A stretch of DNA of 62,028 nucleotides, counting the filler, from Basidiobolus meristosporus CBS 931.73 (lineage: Eukaryota; Fungi; Basidiobolomycota), in assembly GCA_002104905.1 (NCBI GenBank). It is 4 parts of 4 records of this genome, joined end to end, with 100 filler letters (N's around TTAATTAATTAA, not from the genome) between each part and the next. Parts side by side here need not be neighbours in the genome. Positions count along the whole stretch, not along the records: positions 38,737 to 48,957 come from MCFE01001305.1; positions 49,058 to 62,028 come from MCFE01001217.1; 2 more parts are not named here. The stretch is one strand, 5' to 3'. Below are positions 41,320-53,942 of the stretch, piece by piece (the stretch's first letter is position 1; each line of letters opens with the position of its first letter). The position numbers were made by a program, and so were the translations under genes. The notes beneath the pieces are model-generated. The model did not search any database, was not told where the DNA came from, and worked only from the letters and a program-made list of their open reading frames with translations.

Positions 41320-43419
41320 TAGCGCTTAAAGACCTGCCACTGATAAAGGAAAAGGCAAAGGGGGAAAAGTCTACTAAAGCCAGGGACAAGGAAGTGTGAG
41401 AAAAGCTGTAGTTCTTGTCAATTTAGGCTGTAAGCCCAGAACAGACTGAATGTAATCATAGCTAAGAAGAATTACCAACAAGAAAACAGCTGTTGTCACA
41501 AGAGTTGAAAGCGCAGCCAGTTGAGCTACACTCCAGTGAGGTAGATGAATGTGCCAAGAAAGGCAACTTGTTGACCACAGCCTCCATGTCCTTCAGGGCT
41601 GACAGAGCAGAGATCCCATAGACAGACAAAGTAACAATTTCAAGAACTCAAAAGGTTATTGCAATGCCTTTGGTGGAATTTTGGAATATTAATAAGCACT
41701 CCAAGAGGTTGCAGAGCTTCCTCAAGAGCAGTGCTTAAGAAAATGCACTTAAATATTGCAAGGACATATTGCAAAGACTGGCAGATGAGGAGCTAGACCT
41801 TGCAGTGCTGGCTGAAGACCAGAATGTATGGGAACCAGTGAACAAACAATGGCATAAAGCCATTGGGTTCTTTCCAAAGTTGTGGAAACAGAGTGTTACA
41901 GCAGAAATACTTATTGAGTGGTGGATTCTAATGGGGTTACTTGTTGAGTGTGGAGTTGGGCTTAATGTTAGTGCAGGGACAGGGACTTGTATAGGCAAAT
42001 AATATTGGCAATTGAGGTACAACTGAAATTTCAACAGAAATATATCAACTGTAGACATGAAAGTAAGTGGAACAGTTGAGTCAGGTAGTAAGGAGTGTGA
42101 AAAAGAGGCAATAGCCAATCAATGCACACAAACATAGGAGGTGATAGAGTGTCTGGGATCAGAGAGTGAGAAAATTGGCAGAGAACCAATCAAAACCTAC
42201 TTTTGTACTGTGGTGATGATAGATTTTGACTAATTTTTTATGATATCTGGGGTGCAATTTTTTTGACAGTCTGTGCACAGTGTCCTGATGTAATCAGTAC
42301 CTCTTAGTCATGGGACTTGGAATTAGTGATGGCCTTTTGACGGGATCATTACAACAATTTTGCATAGGGAAAGTAGCAGTGAAAGGCCTGGCAGTGATAA
42401 AGCAAAAAAGTCTACCCAAGCCAGTGACAAGGAAACATGAGATAAAAGCTGCAGTTCTTGCCGATTAATGCAAGAAGCCCAGAACAGACTGGATCCCATC
42501 ATAGTCAAGAAGAATTATCAACAAGAAAACAGCTGCTTTCACCAGAGTTGGAGGTGCTGCAAGTTGAGCAACACTCCAGTAAGGTAGATGAGTCTACAGA
42601 GAAAGGCAATTTTCTACCACAGCCTTCATATCCTTCATTGTTGACAGAGTGGAGATCCCACTGACAGACAAAGTAACAATGTCTACAACTCAAAAGGTTA
42701 TAACAATGCCTTCAGTGGAGTTTTGGAACATTAGAATGCTCACCAAAAGGTTACAGCACTTCTCCAAGAGTAGTGATCAAGAAAATGCACTTGAATACTG
42801 TAAGGATTTATTGCAAAGACTGGCAGATGAGGTGCTAGACCTTGCAGTGCCAGCCAAAGGCCAGGATGTATGGGAACTAGTGAATGAACAATGACATAAA
42901 GCTGTAGGGTTCCTGCCAAAGTCATGAAAACAGAGTGTTACAGCAGAAATACTTATTGAGTGGTGAATATTTATGGAGTTACTTGTTGACTGTGGAGTTG
43001 GGCTTAATGTTAGTGTAGGGTATAGGTACTTGTATAGGCCAATACAATTGCAATTGAGGTACAACTGAAGATTTAACAGAGATAAGTCAATTTGTTTGCA
43101 TGAGAAGTAAGAGAATTGGTTGAGTCAGGAAGTAAGGAGTGTCAATAAAAGGCAATAGCTAATCAATGCACACAAATATTGGAAGTGATATAGTGTCTGG
43201 GATCAGAAAGTGAGAGAAATAGCAGAGAACCAATGAAAAGTAACGTAGGGACTGTTGTCATGAAAAATTTTGACCAAGTGTTTTGTAAAATCTGAGGTGC
43301 AGTTTTTTTCCAATAGCTATTGTATGGTGTCCTAATGGCATCACTACCTCTTAGTCACAGGATTTAAATATGGTAACAGCCTTTTGACAGGATTATCACA
43401 ATTATCTTCATAGGGTAAA
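41320..43419 (+). repeat. Diverged tandem duplication, period about 1.04 kb
   Basis: 41320-42370 is colinear with 42371-43419, e.g. ttgcaaagactggcagatgagg and gagtgttacagcagaaatacttattgagtgg in both. Confidence 0.85.
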
Positions 43420-45118
43420 TGTTGTAAGAGTCTTGGAGATATTGGAAGTGATCAATAACTGATATGGCAATATCTATGATCCATGATCAAAAATAATCCT
43501 ATGATTTTTGGGCAAAATCAATTGCCACAGCTGTATACCTTAAAAGTAGGAGTTATAACCAAATACTTTGTGACTCTACTCCATTTAAAGCATGGTATGG
43601 GTGCAGACCAAGTGCAGAACCTCTGAGAATATTTGGGTGTACAGCATATGTCAAGAAACTGCCCAGAAATCAGTCAAAATTTGAGCAAAAAGTGTAAAAT
43701 GCATATTTTTGAGCTACTACAATGAGAGTAAAGCATACAGACTCTACAATACCAAAGCAAAGAAGCTAATCAAGTCCAGGGATGTGTTGTTTGATGAAAA
43801 TTCAAAATTTTCACAAAAATTGACATCAGTTGATGACTAAAATCTGATCTCAAATCCACTATTGTCAGGATTGAATCAAAGCAAAAAAATGAAAATTTTT
43901 TCACTCCAGAGGACTCTACAACCGTAGTTCAGCCAGAATCAGTGCCCAGGAATATCCCAGAAGTGATCATTCCAGTATCAAATGCCCGGAGATCAAATTG
44001 AACAAGAAATAGCCCAAATTACTATATCAATGAGGGTACAAACTTAGCCTATGCCTATTCAGTCCACATTGATGAACACCGGACTGTAAAAGAGGCCCTA
44101 AATAGCCCTCAGATGAGGTTTGGAGATCTGCAATGACTGAGGAATATCATGCCAGATGGAAAATCAAACTTGGGCCTTGGTCAAATTGCCATCAACCAAA
44201 AAAAATTGGATGCAAATGGGTCTTCAAGACAAAATACAAGGCTCATGGTACAATTGAAAGATATAAAGCAAGACTTCTGGCCAAAGAATACTCTCAAACA
44301 AAAGGGCTTGACTATACTGAGACCTTTGCACCGGTAGTCAAGTCTAATTCCATCAGATCAATATTGGCTATTGCAGCCAAATATTAGTTTTTTATTGATC
44401 AAGTGGATGCAAAAACTGCATTTTAGAATGGGGAACTTGATGAGGATGTGTATATGGACCAGCCTGATGGGCTTGTTGACCAAGAAGACCCCCATTTGGT
44501 CTGCAAGCATAAAAGGTCACTATATGGTCTCAAACAATCACCAAGAGCCTGGAATTGGAAGATAGGTTTGTATTTGGAATCTTTGAGTTTCAAAAGGAGT
44601 ATTGCTGACCAAAGCATATACTATAAGCCAAATAGAGAAAATCCAGTTCTATTAGCTCTATATGTGGCTGATCTGATTATAGCCACCAATAACCTAGAAT
44701 CATTGGAAGAGACCAAATCCAGCCTATCTAAGGAGTTCAAGATGTCCAATCTAGGAGAACTCAGTTACTACTTAGGGATTAGGTACTCCATAGACAGGAC
44801 TACCCAGACTATTACCCTAAGCCAATCCAATTATATTAATGATATACTAAAGAAATACAAAATGGAAGACTGTAAACCAGCAGCTACCCCAATAGAAACA
44901 AACCTTAACTTGGTCAAAACTCAGCCAAATCAAGAGAGCTTGGTGCCATCTGAAAGCCATGACTTTCCTTATGAATCTATGGTCAGCAGTCTGATGTATA
45001 TCATGCTTGGAACACATCCAGATATCTCATATTCAGTGGGAGCTGTCAGCCAGCATAATCAGAACCATGGATCTGATCATATTGCAGCAGTTGAGTGGAT
45101 TTTTAGATATCTAAAAGG
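43420..45118 (+). mobile_element. Degenerate copia pol (integrase end and RT) preceded by a short LTR fragment
   Basis: IGCKWVFKTK...YKARLLAKEYSQ...ETFAPV; ORF 44448-45197. Confidence 0.9.
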
Positions 45119-48100
45119 TGTTGTAAGAGTCTTGGAGATATTGGAAGTGATTGGGAGAACAAGTAGATTATGTGGCTTTCACTTAATGATTTATTGAATG
45201 TAAAAGTAGTATTTATACTTTTACCTAGTCTTGGCATTACAAACACGTAGAATAGGTTAAGGAAGGTCCCAAGAACATGTGTGCAAAGTTTGGGGCTGTT
45301 TGGTCAACTTTGAGAATTTTCATGTTCTAGGTACCTGGTATTTTGGTGAAAATATTCTAAGTAAATCCCAACAAGGAATTTGGTCAGTATTCTCTAGGTT
45401 TTGAAGGTGATGATCTAAGTGACTAAGTTAGGTGAATATTTAGGTGGAATTACAAATTTTTACAACACTCCCACTCAGCTAAATGTTCATACTGACTAGT
45501 CCTAATTTTGACCTAAGATATTCAAACTTGTCTCTAGCTAATGGTTTGGTAAATATGTCTGCAATCATTTCATCTGTAGGATAGTAAACTAAGCTAACTA
45601 AGTTATTCTCTATAGCTTCACGTATGAAATGATGTCTAATATCTATGTGCTTGGTTCTAGCATGAAAAGTTGGATTTCTACCTAATTGTATACATCCTTG
45701 ATTATCTTGAAATAAAGTAATAGGCATTTTTTGACATAGGCCTAAGTCTGTAAGGAGTTTTCTTAACCACATTGCTTCTTTTGTAGCTTCACAGGCTGCC
45801 ATATACTCTGCCTCTGTAGTAGAAAGTGCTACGGTTGGTTGCTTTCTTGAATTCCATGAAATTGCTCCTTTACAGTAAAGAAAGGTGTATCCTGTGGTGG
45901 ATCTTCTGTCTTCCAAATTTCGTCCCCAATCAGCATCAGAATATCCCACAAGGTCCTGTTCTGAATCCTTATAAGTGTATCTTAAGCAGATATCAGCAGT
46001 TCCTTTTAGGTATCTAAAAATTCGCTTAACTGCTGCAATATGATCAGATCCATAGTTCTGATTATGTTGGCTGACAACTCCCACTGAATATGAGATATCT
46101 GGACGTGTTCCAAGCATGATATACATCAGACTGCCAACCATAGATTGATAAGGAAAGTCAGGGCTTTCAGATGGCACTAAGCTCTCTTGATTTGGTTGAG
46201 TTTTGACAAAGTTAAGGTTTGTCTCCATTGGGGTAGCTGCCGGTTTACAGTCTTCCATTTTGTACTTCTTTAGTATATCTTGAATATACTTGGATTAGCT
46301 TAGGGTAATAGTCTGGGTACTTCTGTCTATGGAGAACTTAATCCCTAAGTAGTAACTAAGTTCTCCTAGATTGGACATCTTGAACTCCTTAGATAGGCTG
46401 GATTTAGTCTCTTCCAATGTTTCTAGGTTATTGGCGGCTATAATAAGATCATCCACATATAGAGCTAATAGAACTGGATTTGCTCTATCTGGCTTAGAGT
46501 ATTTACTATAGTCAGCATTACCTCTTTTGAAACTCAAGGATTCCAAATAAGAATCTATCTTGCAATTCCAGGCTCTTGGTGATTGTTTGAGACCATATAG
46601 GGACTTTTTAAGCTTGCAGACCAAATGGGGGTTATCTTGGTCAACAAACCCATCAAGCTGGTCTATATACATGTCCTCATCAAGTTCTCCATTCAAAAAT
46701 GCAGTTTTATATCCATTTGATGAATAAAAAACTTATATTTGGCAGCAATAGCCAATATTAATCTGATGGAGTTAAACTTGGCTACCGGTGCAAAGGTCTC
46801 AGTATAGTCAAGTCCTCTTGTTTGAGAGTATCCTTTGGCTACAAGTCTTGCTTTGTATCTTTCAATTGTGCCATCAGCCTTGTATCTTGTCTTGAAGACC
46901 CATCTGCATCCAATTGATTTTTGGTTGATTGGTAATTTGACTAAGTCCCAAGTTTGATTTTCCATCAGTGCCTGATATTCCTCAGTCATTGCAGATCTCC
47001 AAAACTTTGTCTGAGGGCTATTTAGGGCCTCTTTTACAGTCTGGGGTCCATCAATATGGACTGAATAGGCATAGGCTAAGTTTGTACCCTCATTGATATA
47101 TTAATTTGGGCTATTTCTTGTTCAATTTGATCTCTGGGCATTTGATACTGGAATGATCACTTCTGGGATATTCCTGGGCACTGATTCTGGCTGAACCACA
47201 GTTGTAGAGTCCTTTGGAGTGAAAAAATTCTCATTGTTTTGCTCTGATTCAATCCTGCCAATTGGTGGACTTGAGATCAAATTTTTGTCATCATCTGATG
47301 TCATTTTTTGTGAAAATTTTGAATTTTCATCAAACAACACATCCCTGGACTTGATTAGCTTCTTTGCTTTGGTATTGTAGAGTCTGTATGACTTACTCTC
47401 ATTGCAGTAGCCCAAAAATATGGATTTTACACTTTTTGGCTCAAATTTTGACTGATTTCCGGCCAGTTTTTTGGCATATGCTGTACACCCAAATATTCTT
47501 AGATGTTCTGCACTTGGTCTGTATCCATGCCATGCTTCAAATGGAGTAGAATCTCAAAGTATTCTGTTATAACTCCTATTTTTAAGATATACAGCAGTGG
47601 CAACTGAATCCACCCAAAAGTCATAGGATAATTTTTGATCATGGATCATAGATCTTGCCATATCAATTATTGATCTGTTAGCTTGTTCTGCTACTCCATT
47701 TTGCTGTGGGGTGTATGGTACAGTAGTCTCTTGCTTTATCCCATGAATTTTGCAGAAGTGGATGAAGAGTTTTGTGGTATATTCTCCACCATTGTCAGAG
47801 CATATTTTCTTGATTTTTTCACCAGTTTCTCTCTCCACCATGGCTTTAAACTCCCTGAACTTAGACAAAGCTTCTTCCTTTCTCTCCATGAAGTAGATAC
47901 ATGTGTATCTTGTATAATCATCAATAAAAGTGATTAAATACTTCATCCCACCTAAGGATAAATTTTGCATAGGTCCACACAGATCTGAGTGAATTAGATC
48001 TAATTTTTTCTTAGTTTTGATTAACCCAGAGCTCTTGAATGGTTGTCTGGCTTGTTTCCCATATATGCAGGCCTCACAGTGCTCCAAATTAGCTGGGGGA

Positions 48101-48412
48101 TCAATTTTCACTCCAGAAATTAGCTGATCTTTGATCATTTTGCGCAAATAATCAAAATTGATGTGCCCAAATCTCCTGTGCCAAAGCATTGGTGTTTCTT
48201 CATTTAAGTTACTTATATTGGCTTCTAGATAAGATGGAATATAAGTCAACTTGTATAGATTCTGATCTCTAATGCCCAAAGCAATATGAGCACCATTTTG
48301 ATCAGTGATCTTGCATCCAGAATTGTCAAAACTGAAACTGAGTCCTTCTGCTGTGGCCTTGCTTACAGAGAGTAGGTTCTTGGCTATTTCTGGTACATAG
48401 AGTACTTCTTTA
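45119..48412 (-). mobile_element. Younger copia copy (integrase, RT, RNase H, 3' LTR 45119-45467) inserted into a copia pol
   Basis: LWHRRFGH, HSDLCGP, SDNGGEY, PQQNGVAE, LYVDD, YSDADWG. PPT GAGTGGGAG. Confidence 0.95.
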
Positions 48413-48957
48413 TGTTGTAAGAGTCTTGGAGATATTGGAAGTGATTGGGAGAACAAGTAGATTATGTGGTTTTCACTTAATGATTTATTGAATGTAAAAG
48501 TAGTATTTATACTTTTACATGGTCTTTGCATTACAAACACGTAGAATAGGTTAAGGAAGGTCCCAAGAACATGTGTGCAAAGTTTGGGGCTGTTTGGACA
48601 ACTTTGAGAATTTTCATGTTCTGGGTACCTGGCATTTTGGTGAAAATATTCTAAGTAAATCCCGACAAGGAATTTGGTCAGTATTCTCTAGGATTTGAGG
48701 GTAATGATCTAAGTGACTAAGTTAGGTGAATATTTAGGTGGAAAATACAAATTTTTACAACACTCCCACTCAGCTAAATGTTCATACTGACTAGTCCTAA
48801 TTTTGACCTAAAATATTCAAACTTGTCTCTAGCTAATGGTTTGGTAAATATGTCTGCAATCATTTCATCTGTAGGACAGTAAACTAAGCTAACTAAGTTA
48901 TTCTCTATAGCTTCACGTATGAAATGATGTCTAATATCTATGTGCTTGGTTCTAGCA
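48413..48957 (-). mobile_element. 3' end of another copia copy (LTR 48413-48762) inserted into the previous one
   Basis: Complete LTR, PPT and RNase H tail nearly identical to 45119-45660. Confidence 0.92.
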
Positions 48958-49057
48958 NNNNNNNNNNNNNNNNNNNNNNNNNNNNNNNNNNNNNNNNNNN
49001 NTTAATTAATTAANNNNNNNNNNNNNNNNNNNNNNNNNNNNNNNNNNNNNNNNNNNN
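48958..49057. other. Artificial contig spacer
   Basis: 44 N + TTAATTAATTAA + 44 N. Confidence 0.97.
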
Positions 49058-50472
49058 CCTGGTTAAACAAAGAAACAATAAGGTTTGTTGCAGTGCTGAG
49101 ATCCAGAATTATTGGCTGCAAAACTCTACAGAGAAAGAGTTGATTATCACATTCTACAGCTTTTACTGAGCCTTTTACCAGTAAAGGCACTTTGTGAAAA
49201 GGTGCAAGTCATCAAATGACACCTAAATACCAATAACCCTATAATGCTATCTTTGATTCTGACTGGTTTTGAGTATAGATCCAATCAGCAAAATAGGATT
49301 TAATGACACTGGCCTATTTAATTCTGGGCATCATTTGTCTAAGTACAATTATTTATACCATTTCTTAGTTGTTTATATATCATATATAAAGTCATAATCT
49401 TCCAAACTTTGATTAGCTTTTTTGATATATTGGTGCTATTTTCCTAAGGTAGAAACACTAAGATGATAAATGCTATACAACTTTTCAAAGTATATTGAAA
49501 TAGTACAGCTTATTTGAATAATATGGAATTTCTAGCAATACTGCTATTAAAATTTGGATTGACAATTCTAGCACTATTTTCAATGGTCTCCTCAAGTAAT
49601 ATTTCTACACTAAATTTAAATATTACAATCCGTAGGTTATTGATTATTTATATACCAAAGTTTGTTCAAGTTGGATCGAGAGAAACACTATAAACATTGG
49701 AATCTAGTTTCCATTACCATCTTACAGTTACCATAATTTTTCAACTTGGATCAAGAGAAGCATTGGAATTTAACTTTGAATAAAACTATATACCATTTTG
49801 CAGATCCACTTGAGCTAAGAGATCTATGCCTGCTTGTCAGCTAAACAGATATTATTGGTGTCAGAATGGATACATCAAATGCGAAATTCCGTGGTAAACT
49901 GGTAGGGTAACAGATAGTCAAGCTGCAATCTCACGCATATTACCTCACCACACCACAATCCAGCATAGAAAGCCAATGCACCCGCTGCTTCAACACGTGG
50001 AGTGAATGATGAGACAGCAACTATCCTGATCTTACCGAAGCTTGATTTCCTCACCTATGCATTGGAGAAGATGCGCATGCTAACCCACACGCATGGCATG
50101 AGCAACATTGTACCATCCGTGTATGCGTGTGATTGGTTGTCTTCTACATTATAATGCATGATGAGCGAGCTATACACAGCGATTGACAAACAGCCAACTC
50201 ATTATTCTTCTCTTTACAATAAAGATACTGGGACAAATCAAAAAGTGATGTAATATCAACGTTCAATTGCTATGTATCATATCGAGGCAATGCTCATGAG
50301 ATCACACGTAGACTGTGGCAAAATCAACGCTCTAGATACTCCTCATTTAGCTATATATAACACTCCATATCCTGGCTTTTCTGACGCAAATCCCACTCTT
50401 TTTAATACAGAATCAAGCAAAGCGTCCACACAGACTGATTGTAATTTAGATAGGTCCAACAACCACTCAGCA

Positions 50473-51072
50473 ATGGTATATCAAATCAGAATCGTCAAAG
50501 ATGAAGAAGGAATTAACCAAATCCAAAGACTTCTTTACACGGTCTACATTGAGGAGGGCAAATGGAAGTTCAACCCTGCCAATCCAGCTGGGATAAGGAT
50601 TGTGGACCATATGCTAATTGACAACCGGGATGATATTGCGACATACTTTGGTGCATTCAGCAACAAGAAACTAATCGGCTGTTGCCGAATCTGTCCAAGA
50701 CATGAAGGTTTATTTGAGATACAGAATTACAATAGCAAAACTTTGAACCTACTGAATGCAAAGAACTTGGTGGAGGGTTCAAGGAGTGCGGTACTACCTG
50801 AGTATAGACAGCATGGAGTATTTCGTACTATGTTTCATGAAGTTCTCCAATACTGCTATCAACGAGATCTTTTGCTGTTTGTTTCTACCAGTTCAAATGA
50901 ACTTCGACGTATTTTTCGAATTATCGACTTTCCAATTGTTGAGGATTTCACATTCAAATATGAATCCCACGACCCAAAAGAGTGCCAACTCTTTGTGGCT
51001 AAATCCCGATCGGACTTACTGCATAGTATTTCAAAACTTTGCCCCACAGTTCCACTACATAGTCATCTCTAA
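50473..51072 (+). CDS. Intronless GNAT-fold acyltransferase, LuxI/FeeM (N-acyl amino acid synthase)-like, 199 aa from ATG 50473
   Basis: QRLLYTVYIEEGKW, DNRDDIATYF, LIGCCRICP, VEGSRSAVLPEYRQHGVF follow the motif order of LuxI/FeeM-type GNATs. The frame is also open from ATG 50272. Confidence 0.65.
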   Translation: MVYQIRIVKDEEGINQIQRLLYTVYIEEGKWKFNPANPAGIRIVDHMLIDNRDDIATYFGAFSNKKLIGCCRICPRHEGLFEIQNYNSKTLNLLNAKNLVEGSRSAVLPEYRQHGVFRTMFHEVLQYCYQRDLLLFVSTSSNELRRIFRIIDFPIVEDFTFKYESHDPKECQLFVAKSRSDLLHSISKLCPTVPLHSHL

Positions 51073-52360
51073 GCTTGATAAACTAACCTAACTGATATTT
51101 TATTCTATTTTATAATGTTCTATCTTTGATTAATGATTAATTGCACCCTATTTTATATTAACCTAACTGTTGAACAATACATGGTTATACAACTTACATA
51201 TTATCCTAGTTTTGATCTGTGTACGCATTTAATGAGGTCCTGATATTATCCTGCTCCACTATTTAGCATTCATACATATGATTTTCTATCAATTAAAATA
51301 TCATAAAGCAAATTAACAAGCACAAGAATGACTATCTAATATAAAGCTAACTTGTAGGCTCATCTACTATGGCTAAAATTTAAGTACATTAGACTTGTTA
51401 TCTTTTGTTGTGTTAGATCATTCTTAGCATGCTACACTCCAGATAGTTCTTGAGCATTTCAGAGCATTCATCATTTTTCTGTTGCTTGTTCTATGCTGAA
51501 CTTTACAATTATCTTTAATCAACTTATAGTACATTACATTTTGTTCTGCTTCTATACTTCTCCATACCTTACCCTATCTGACTCTCTTGATAGAAATATT
51601 GGAAAATACAAATACACTGTAGTAAATGATATTTGAGCTATTTCTTGATATGCATTTTTGCCAGATTTGACAAAATTAACTTAATGATCAGAGCATAATC
51701 AAGTGATTTGAAAATGATGTGGCATGCTCATATTGTGGTGGATTTTGTAATTGCACCAAAATGCTTACCAAATTTGGTTCTTAGATCATAGACTACAGAT
51801 CTAAAAGAAATATCACTAAATTACTAGTCAGGATTTAATTGCAATATTTTGCCAATATCATCAGGTATCTAGCCCATGTAGTATCTCCAAGCTATGCAAA
51901 CCACCTCTGGCTTAGCACACATGCTCTTGATACCTCTCTAAGCACAATACATATGTTTGCTCTGAAATTATCATATAAATGTATAGCCACCTCCTTTACA
52001 CCTAAGAGATCATCAAGTGAAAGCCATTGAGTTTATTTGCTCACCTAATCATTTCTAACATCCTCCAAACCCTAACTTTGAGTTGTGTGCCCTAAGCTGC
52101 TGCTATATGGTCTATCTACTACCATTATTACTTTGATTTTTCCCTTGGCCAAAAAGCTGGATAGAACTAGAAACTAAGTCTGGAAGGCAACAATGAATGT
52201 GGTGATACAGGAAATGGGCCTTTAAGACTTATCATAGCATTAAGACTTCTTCTTCAGCACCTTCAGGAGGGCATTTATCTCTCATAACAGTATCCCAAAG
52301 TTCAAACCTATTGGATTCTCAGCTGGCATTCTGCAGGTATTTTGGCAGAATTTTGTTGGA

Positions 52361-52860
52361 TTGGGGGGGGGGATAATTATCACTAAAGGGTGGAATCTCT
52401 ATTTATATTGTAAATAATGAAACCAAGTTTGAATATGAATATCTGAGAGGCAGAAAGCATACAAGGTAAACTTGGACTTTGCTGTTTCCTAAATATCCTC
52501 AATTTCATAGTCTAGAGGAGAATGTAGCAATACTGCATGTTAACCATGGAGTTTCTAGAGGAAGTTTGTGACTTGAAGGGAAGGAGAATTCTTCAACAAG
52601 CTAGTAAATCTTTTGAGAAGTTCTATTTCCAGAGAGAATGGTACAAAGAGTGGAATTCTAAATGATGTCTGAACACGTGCTCTGAAAGCTTCCAATCCAG
52701 CATATTCTTGACTTCTTTGGCAAAATCTTCAACAATATCTTTGTCAAAAAAAACCTCTAAGAGATCCCTGGTAGTCTACAGAATGCTAATAATATTAGGT
52801 ACATGAATACAATGATCCTTAGGGTGTTTTCTTTGTTCTAGTATAGCAAGATAAGAGTTT
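52361..52860 (-). pseudogene. Decayed copy of the ORF1-A unit (3' half)
   Basis: Homologous to 58969 to about 59450; begins with TT plus 10 G. Confidence 0.8.
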
Positions 52861-53035
52861 GGGGGGATGATAATCACCAAACTGTTGAGGGAGACAGTCA
52901 CCCACAGGTGAAATCATTATTTCAATTGAAGCAAAGAATCCAGCTCTACTGTTGTAGCTTTGATAAAAGTGTGTGTAGCTGAGGGGAATCTGTAGGTAAA
53001 TCTATAAGGAGAGATGATGATTTTTTAGTGCTTGT
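52861..53035 (-). mobile_element. Stacked short 3' ends: A-type (52861-52879), then RT-type (52889 to about 53035)
   Basis: ggggggatgataatcacca followed by gggagacagtcacccacaggtgaaatc and the end of the RT ORF. Confidence 0.75.
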
Positions 53036-53942
53036 TGTGTGCAAAAGAAAAGTGTAATAAAACTTTTGAATGAGTAAACTGAGCCTAAGTGACAACTAAG
53101 TGCAGAATCTTAAAATCGTTAAGAGTGACAGAAATATTAGCAGGGAGGTACTGGTCTAGTATTGGTCTTATATAGAGCTGAGTTGCGCTATAAAGGCAAC
53201 AGAGTAGGTTTGCTATGCAGGCTAGGCTTGGAGTTCTTGAGAGTGCTAGATATGCTAAGCTTGGGTAGAAACTAGAATGGATTTGTTGAATTCTTAATTT
53301 TGTTGAGACACACACTAAACCAAAATGTTCAGTAAACTTTATTTGTACTTTTATGATTGAGTTGCATTAGCAAGCACCAAGAGACTGGACTAATTGAAAT
53401 CTGTTGGGGTGTTGATAGCTGCAAATAATAAATGAAAAATTGCATCATTAATCAGCTGATGTCTTGGCAACTGCTAAGCGGTTGGATAAATCTTAGATGA
53501 CTAATCACTTGGAAAGGATTAGCAGATCAGTTGAGGACGTAATGACCACATGAAAATTGATCAGGTGTGACAGCTAAAAATAGATTCTGAGAAGTGATAA
53601 AATAAACCATAACAGGGATTAGTTATGTTTGGGTGTAGGTGTTATAGTAAGGGCTAGGAAAAGTTTAGAAGAGCAGGGGCTCTGGGGGAAACAGTCCCCT
53701 AGAGAATAAAAAAGCAGGGGGTTTGGGAGATGCAATCCCCCATACTGCTCCCATACCCTTTAAATTCCCTTTGGATTACTTTTCTCTCATTTTTGGTCCT
53801 GGTCCCTTAGGGTTAAAATTCCTCCTCCTAACCCTTATCACCCAAACCATAAATATTTTTACCCTACATGTAGGACATTGTCTAGTCATATAGTGGGCAT
53901 GTCTGGGCTAATATTTGTCTCCCTACACATTTTCTATGCTCT

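Noticed and set aside
17882-49057. TTAATTAATTAA palindromes inside N runs (17926, 38681, 49002)
   Set aside because: Identical 100-bp spacers with stops in all frames; an assembly linker, not biology.
53660-53755. Two G/C-rich hairpin-like motifs (gggg..tggggg..cccc) resembling mobile-element ends
   Set aside because: No second copy or associated ORF in the window to define an element.
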